DNA from: Candidatus Forterrea multitransposorum CG_2015-17_Forterrea_25_41
GTDB taxonomy: Archaea; Iainarchaeota; Iainarchaeia; Iainarchaeales; CSSED10-239
DNA length: 64,000 nt
Direction of reading: 5' to 3'
NCBI GenBank assembly: GCA_009392915.1
Contig: CP045477.1
Coordinates: 1-64,000, forward strand
Shown: piece by piece, positions 59,349 to 64,000 of the stretch
Position numbering within the stretch: the first letter of the stretch is position 1
How the letters are laid out: each line of letters begins with the position of its first letter
The notes under the pieces: model-generated
The model's input: the letters and a program-made list of their open reading frames with translations, nothing else
Told to the model about the DNA's origin: nothing
Databases searched by the model: none
Position numbers and translations under genes: made by a program

Positions 59349-60412
59349 AAATCAAATATTCTTTTTTGAAATTTCAATCCTTTTAAAATTTCTGATTTTT
59401 GCAAAATCCATTTAAGATTTAAATTTTCTTTAATATATTCAATTACTTGATTTAAATCTTCAAAAACAATTTCTTCTTTTTCTAAAGATTCTTTTATTGC
59501 TTCTCTTATAACCCAAACTCCTTTAGAATTATATTTTTCATCAATATCTCTAAGGACAATAACGCTTGCTTTTTTATTTATTTTTTTTAAATATTCTAAA
59601 ACAACTTCTCTTGCTGCATAGTATGCACCAGTTATTTGATTTGCATATTCTTTTTTAGGTGAATTTATTTCATAGTCCTGAGCAATTAAATTTCCATTAA
59701 CATACTCAAACATTTCAAAACTCCAAGAATACGGCATAAATATAACATAAAATGTGTTGTTATAAAAACTATATTTATGCATCTTAAATCTATCAATTGT
59801 TTGATTGTTTTCAACATCTTTAAAAAATTCTTTTCCTAAAATATCATCAATTGATGTTATTGACCATCTAGTAGGTACAAAAATCCTATTTTTTTTAAGA
59901 CCTAAAAGACCAATAGATAATAGTTGTTCAATCTTATATACATCATTTGTTTTATTATAATATTCAACAATTGCATCTTTTGCTTTTATTTGAGTATCTC
60001 CTGTAATTTTATCTACAGTTCTTGAAACTTTAATATTGTCTACTATTTTTATTTTTTCAAGTTCTAAAGCTTTATTATTTATTCCTGTTATTTTTTCATT
60101 AATGTTTATTTTTTTAATATTGTAATTAATTTCAACTTCAGTTTCTTTATCTGATTTTATTAAATTTTGAATTTCAATAATTTCATTTTTATTTTTAACA
60201 GCATCTATTTTAGAATAATTTTTAACTGCAAAAACTTGTTTTTGTCTATTTTTTTCAACTTCAGATATTTCACTTTTGATCCATTTTTCAGGAGTATTTG
60301 AAAAAGCTTCTTTTTTATCATTAAATATTCCTGGACCTATCATTAAGTTAGGATAATTGTTTTCATAAACTATGTTATATGGCTTTGAATAGGCTTGTTT
60401 TTTAATACTCAT
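59345..60412 (-). CDS. Hypothetical protein
   Basis: 355-aa ORF with no confident motif. Confidence 0.25.
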   Translation of the reverse strand: MSIKKQAYSKPYNIVYENNYPNLMIGPGIFNDKKEAFSNTPEKWIKSEISEVEKNRQKQVFAVKNYSKIDAVKNKNEIIEIQNLIKSDKETEVEINYNIKKININEKITGINNKALELEKIKIVDNIKVSRTVDKITGDTQIKAKDAIVEYYNKTNDVYKIEQLLSIGLLGLKKNRIFVPTRWSITSIDDILGKEFFKDVENNQTIDRFKMHKYSFYNNTFYVIFMPYSWSFEMFEYVNGNLIAQDYEINSPKKEYANQITGAYYAAREVVLEYLKKINKKASVIVLRDIDEKYNSKGVWVIREAIKESLEKEEIVFEDLNQVIEYIKENLNLKWILQKSEILKGLKFQKRIFDF

Positions 60413-60573
60413 ACTATTTTTCTATTTTCTCTTCTTTTAACTATATATTATTTTAAGATAGGTTTATAAATTATTTTATAGATAATTAATATATTATATT
60501 TATCGTTTCGCCATAGAAACAAAATTATAAAGGATTTTATAAGACCTTTAAAAAAAAGGATAGTGATTAGTGT

Positions 60574-61053
60574 ATGTTTAAATTTTTAAGTTTATTTATT
60601 GATAAAAGCAAATCTCCTAAAATGTCAAGGAGAAATAATATTGCAATTTTTGTAGATGGTCCTAATATTTTAAGAAAAGAATTTAATGTTGATTTATCAA
60701 AAATAAGAAGATATTTACAAAAAGAAGGTGTTTTAAAAGTTGCAAGAGTATATCTTAATCAATATGCAACTGATAAGCTTATGGAAGCAGTTGTTAATTT
60801 AGGTTTTGAAACAATAATTACAGTTGGAGATGTTGATGTTGCAATGGCAGTTGATGCAACAGATATTGTTCACAATAAAGAAATAGATACTATTGTTTTT
60901 GTAACTAGAGATTCAGATTATCTTCCTGCAATTTTAAAAGCTAAAAAGCATGGAAAGAATACAATGGTTTTCTTAGTTGAAGAAGGTTCTGCAACAGCTC
61001 TTAAAAACACAGTTGATAAAGTTGTTTTCATGGACAAATTAAAATATGAATAG
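60574..61053 (+). CDS. NYN/LabA-like (PIN-related) domain protein
   Basis: IAIFVDGPNI ... VTRDSDYLPAI LabA/NYN signature. Confidence 0.55.
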   Translation: MFKFLSLFIDKSKSPKMSRRNNIAIFVDGPNILRKEFNVDLSKIRRYLQKEGVLKVARVYLNQYATDKLMEAVVNLGFETIITVGDVDVAMAVDATDIVHNKEIDTIVFVTRDSDYLPAILKAKKHGKNTMVFLVEEGSATALKNTVDKVVFMDKLKYE

Positions 61054-61056
61054 ATT

Positions 61057-61551
61057 ATGAATTTACCAATATCAAAACCAATAGTTGAAAATGTTTTCTT
61101 AGATGTAATAGATCCAGTTAAATTGTTATCTGATCTTAATCAAAAGCAATTTACTGGCTTTATTTATCTTACTATTCATTCTTTGAATAATTTTGAAGAA
61201 AATATTTTATTGTTTTTAAAAGGTAATATTTCTGGTTCTATTTATTTAAATAATACTTATAATGTTGAAATTTTTGGAAAAGAAGCATTTGATTTTTCAA
61301 TTAATAATTTAGGTTATAATGATGGGACAATAAATATTTATGAATTGTCTGCAGAACAATTAAAATTAATATTAATTTTTAATGATAAAATAAAATATGA
61401 AACAAAAATTGATGAAAAATCACTCTCTAAATTAAGTTTTAAATACAATGAAGATTTATTTAGAGAAAGATTGAAAAATAAGATTTTAAATGTTAAATTA
61501 AGAGAAGAATTATTTGACAAATTTAAAATTAATGAGTTATTAAGGTTATAA
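61057..61551 (+). CDS. Hypothetical protein
   Basis: 164-aa ORF. Confidence 0.25.
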   Translation: MNLPISKPIVENVFLDVIDPVKLLSDLNQKQFTGFIYLTIHSLNNFEENILLFLKGNISGSIYLNNTYNVEIFGKEAFDFSINNLGYNDGTINIYELSAEQLKLILIFNDKIKYETKIDEKSLSKLSFKYNEDLFRERLKNKILNVKLREELFDKFKINELLRL

Positions 61552-61554
61552 TTT

Positions 61555-61995
61555 ATGAAAAAAATATTATCTAGATTTCTAACAAGATTATCTACAAAAA
61601 TGTTAAATATTGATGATTTAAAAACTCCTAAAGAGTTAGAACCATTATTAGAGTATAGGCCAGTTAATTTATGTTCAAAAAACTTAGATGATTTTTTATT
61701 AAAATTAAGACATAAACATCTTGTAAATCATATAATTGTAACTGATCTTGAAGGAATAGTAATTGGTAGTACAGAAAAAGACTTAAGAGAGGGTTTTAAA
61801 AGTGCTGCAATGTATAATTATATTAATACAGAAATTAAAGAATTATCAATCATCTTAATTGAATCAAAAGGATGGAACATAATATTTAAATATAGTGACA
61901 ATGTATATTTTATTAAAGCAAATGATAGTCTTAGTAGAATAGAAGTAATGGCTATTGTAAATGATTTAGAAAATTATTTAAAAGTTATAAAGTGA
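61555..61995 (+). CDS. Roadblock/LC7 (MglB-like) domain protein
   Basis: HIIVTDLEGIVIGS core; ~146 aa; adjacent to a MinD/ParA-type ATPase. Confidence 0.45.
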   Translation: MKKILSRFLTRLSTKMLNIDDLKTPKELEPLLEYRPVNLCSKNLDDFLLKLRHKHLVNHIIVTDLEGIVIGSTEKDLREGFKSAAMYNYINTEIKELSIILIESKGWNIIFKYSDNVYFIKANDSLSRIEVMAIVNDLENYLKVIK

Positions 61996-62002
61996 AATTT
62001 AT

Positions 62003-62791
62003 ATGGGTGAAATATTAACAATTGCATCAGGAAAAGGCGGTGTTGGAAAAACAACACTAACAGCTAATTTAGGGATTGCTTTAAGTGATTTAGGTTTTAA
62101 AGTATTATTGATAGATGCAGATATTGCAATGTCAAATCTTAGTCTATTAATTGGTCTTGAAAATCCACCAATTACTTTACATGATATTTTATTAGGTTCT
62201 TCTTCAGCTCAAGATGCAGTTTATGATGGACCTAATGGAATTAAGATTATCCCTTCTGGACTTTCAATTTCTAATTATCAAAGAGTAGATGCTGAAAGAT
62301 TAATTTCTGTTGCAAAAAGTTTAATTTCAGATTTTGATTATATTTTAATTGATGCTCCTGCTGGTATTGATAAAAATGTTTTATCAGCAATTTCAGCTTC
62401 AACACAAGTTTTATTAATAACTGAACCAACATCTCCTTCTGTAGCAGATGTTTTTAAAGTTAAAATTGTTTGTGAAAGATTAAATCAAAAAGTTTTAGGA
62501 ATTGTTGTAAATAAAGTAAGTAGTACTAAGGGTGAAATTTCTGAAAAAGAAATTATGAAAATGCTTGAACTTCCAAGTTATGGAACTATACCTTACAGTG
62601 CAGACATTAGAGAGTCTTTCTTACTTAAAAAAATAAAACCTATCTTAATACATAATCCTAATAGTCCTTCTGCAAATTCTTTTAGATATATTGCAATAAG
62701 ATTATCAGGAAGAGAAGTTAAAGTTAAAGACGAAAAAAAGAAAAGTGGCTTTTTTAGTTTTTTAAAAAGATTATTTTCAAAAAAAAAATAA
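62003..62791 (+). CDS. minD: MinD/ParA-family P-loop ATPase
   Basis: Deviant Walker A SGKGGVGKTT and Walker B ILIDAPAG. Confidence 0.75.
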   Translation: MGEILTIASGKGGVGKTTLTANLGIALSDLGFKVLLIDADIAMSNLSLLIGLENPPITLHDILLGSSSAQDAVYDGPNGIKIIPSGLSISNYQRVDAERLISVAKSLISDFDYILIDAPAGIDKNVLSAISASTQVLLITEPTSPSVADVFKVKIVCERLNQKVLGIVVNKVSSTKGEISEKEIMKMLELPSYGTIPYSADIRESFLLKKIKPILIHNPNSPSANSFRYIAIRLSGREVKVKDEKKKSGFFSFLKRLFSKKK

Positions 62792-62802
62792 GGTGATTTA
62801 AA

Positions 62803-63033
62803 ATGAGTGATTCAAAAATAACAAGACCATTTGACATGTTAAATAATGCAATAAATAAGCAAGTTTTAATACAGTTAAAAGAAAATGTTCAAGTTAGAGG
62901 TAAATTAAAAGCATTTGATGTACATATGAATATAGTTATTGAAGATGCTGAAGAAATAATTGATGGAAAGATGAAAACTAAATATGTTGAAACTTTAGTT
63001 AGAGGAGATAATATAGTTTGGATAACTGTTTAA
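62803..63033 (+). CDS. Sm-like (LSm) archaeal protein
   Basis: 76 aa, with Sm1/Sm2 motifs (VLIQLKENVQVRGKLKAFDVHMNIVIEDAEE ... RGDNIVWI). Confidence 0.7.
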   Translation: MSDSKITRPFDMLNNAINKQVLIQLKENVQVRGKLKAFDVHMNIVIEDAEEIIDGKMKTKYVETLVRGDNIVWITV

Positions 63034-63054
63034 AATTTAATTTTAAAATAAGAT

Positions 63055-63999
63055 GTGTGTTATATGATATTGGCTATATTTACTAAATTTATTGAAAATT
63101 TTAATAATAATGTTAAAGATAGCCTTTATGATATAATTCCTCTTAACTATATTTTTATTTTTGTAATTATAATATTTGTTTTAGTTGCAATTTTAGTTTT
63201 CTCAACACTAATTTTACCGTTATTTAAAAAGTCTTCAAAAAGACTTTATAAAAGATATCTTTTTTTAAGAGATGAAATGAAAAGAGTAGATACTCTTTAT
63301 TCTCAAAAAAAAATTATATTTGATGAATATGTATCTTTACAGTTTCAGAATGCACAAGAATATTATCAAATTGTAAAAATATTATCTTCAGATCCAAAAT
63401 TTAAATCTAAACTTCAAAGTTACACTCTTCAGGATAATTTATCAAACCCAAAACCTCCTTCAAGAAAACCTTTAACAAAAGAAGAAAAAGATTTACAACA
63501 AATTGAAAAATTAACTTCTGTTTTAAAACCAAGAGCTAGTGATTTTACAAAAGAAGATATATATAGTGTTTTGCTTTATGAAGGTTTTGAAGAAAATATT
63601 ATTCAAAGTGTATTAAAAGCTTTAGTCTCTCAGAATGTGACCTTTTCAAAAATATCTTCTACTGAAAATAAAAAAGATTTATCTTCTTTCTTAGATAATT
63701 TAATTAAAGGAAAAGAATCTGATCTTAAAAATCAAGGTGAAACTTCTCAATCAATTTCATTTGATAAAAATAAAGAGAATGATTTCTTTAAAGAAGATTT
63801 TAAAAGAAAAGAACTTAATTTTGATAATATTAAAGATGTTGATTATACTTTTAAGGTTGAACCTGAAAAGAAAGAAAAAGTTGGTTTCTTTAAAAGACTA
63901 TTTGGAAAAAAGAAAAAACCACCTGTTAAAGCATCTATAACAGAAGTTGACAGTATCTTAAAGAATATTGAAAATGAATTAAAGACTAAAGAAATTTAA
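63055..63999 (+). CDS. Hypothetical membrane-anchored protein
   Basis: N-terminal transmembrane helix, a K/E-rich tail, and a stop at 63997-63999. Confidence 0.3.
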   Translation: MCYMILAIFTKFIENFNNNVKDSLYDIIPLNYIFIFVIIIFVLVAILVFSTLILPLFKKSSKRLYKRYLFLRDEMKRVDTLYSQKKIIFDEYVSLQFQNAQEYYQIVKILSSDPKFKSKLQSYTLQDNLSNPKPPSRKPLTKEEKDLQQIEKLTSVLKPRASDFTKEDIYSVLLYEGFEENIIQSVLKALVSQNVTFSKISSTENKKDLSSFLDNLIKGKESDLKNQGETSQSISFDKNKENDFFKEDFKRKELNFDNIKDVDYTFKVEPEKKEKVGFFKRLFGKKKKPPVKASITEVDSILKNIENELKTKEI

Positions 64000-64000
64000 T

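Overview
This is an AT-rich archaeal chromosomal segment, probably from a DPANN/nanoarchaeon-like genome; that assignment is inferred from gene content and the extreme AT bias. Most of the window is core information-processing and housekeeping genes, listed in the features. These cover replication and repair, translation and RNA processing, transcription and ribosome, proteasome, tRNA enzymes, three clustered tRNA-Ser genes, a divergent unlinked 5S rRNA, a 2-oxoacid:ferredoxin oxidoreductase operon, AMP phosphorylase, and N-glycosylation and cell-envelope genes. One region (about 23.4–30.8 kb) is an accessory island: a UPF0175-like small HTH protein, an IS5-like insertion sequence with 12-bp terminal inverted repeats, a complete diversity-generating retroelement (DGR), a DUF4143 AAA ATPase bracketed by 99-bp direct repeats, and a HicB/HicA toxin–antitoxin pair. 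The DGR is the most striking system. It has a pilin-like surface protein whose C-terminal FGE/C-type-lectin-fold domain carries a GC-rich variable repeat (VR). A 121-bp template repeat (TR) lies 1.2 kb downstream and differs from VR at 13 positions, 12 of them at TR adenines, mostly in AAC codons. An Avd-like four-helix-bundle gene and a reverse transcriptase with the DGR-specific motifs IGxxxSQ and YxDD complete it. Other notable items are a LAGLIDADG intein inserted exactly between Q and S of the catalytic GGQS motif of aRF1, a flavodiiron protein fused to the gamma-alpha subunit of the oxidoreductase, a second 1003-aa HerA/FtsK-like ATPase with an expandable 15-bp acidic tandem repeat, and a Kelch-repeat surface protein sharing the pilin-like N-terminus of the DGR target. 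All calls are made by eye from the sequence and ORF translations; no database search was run.
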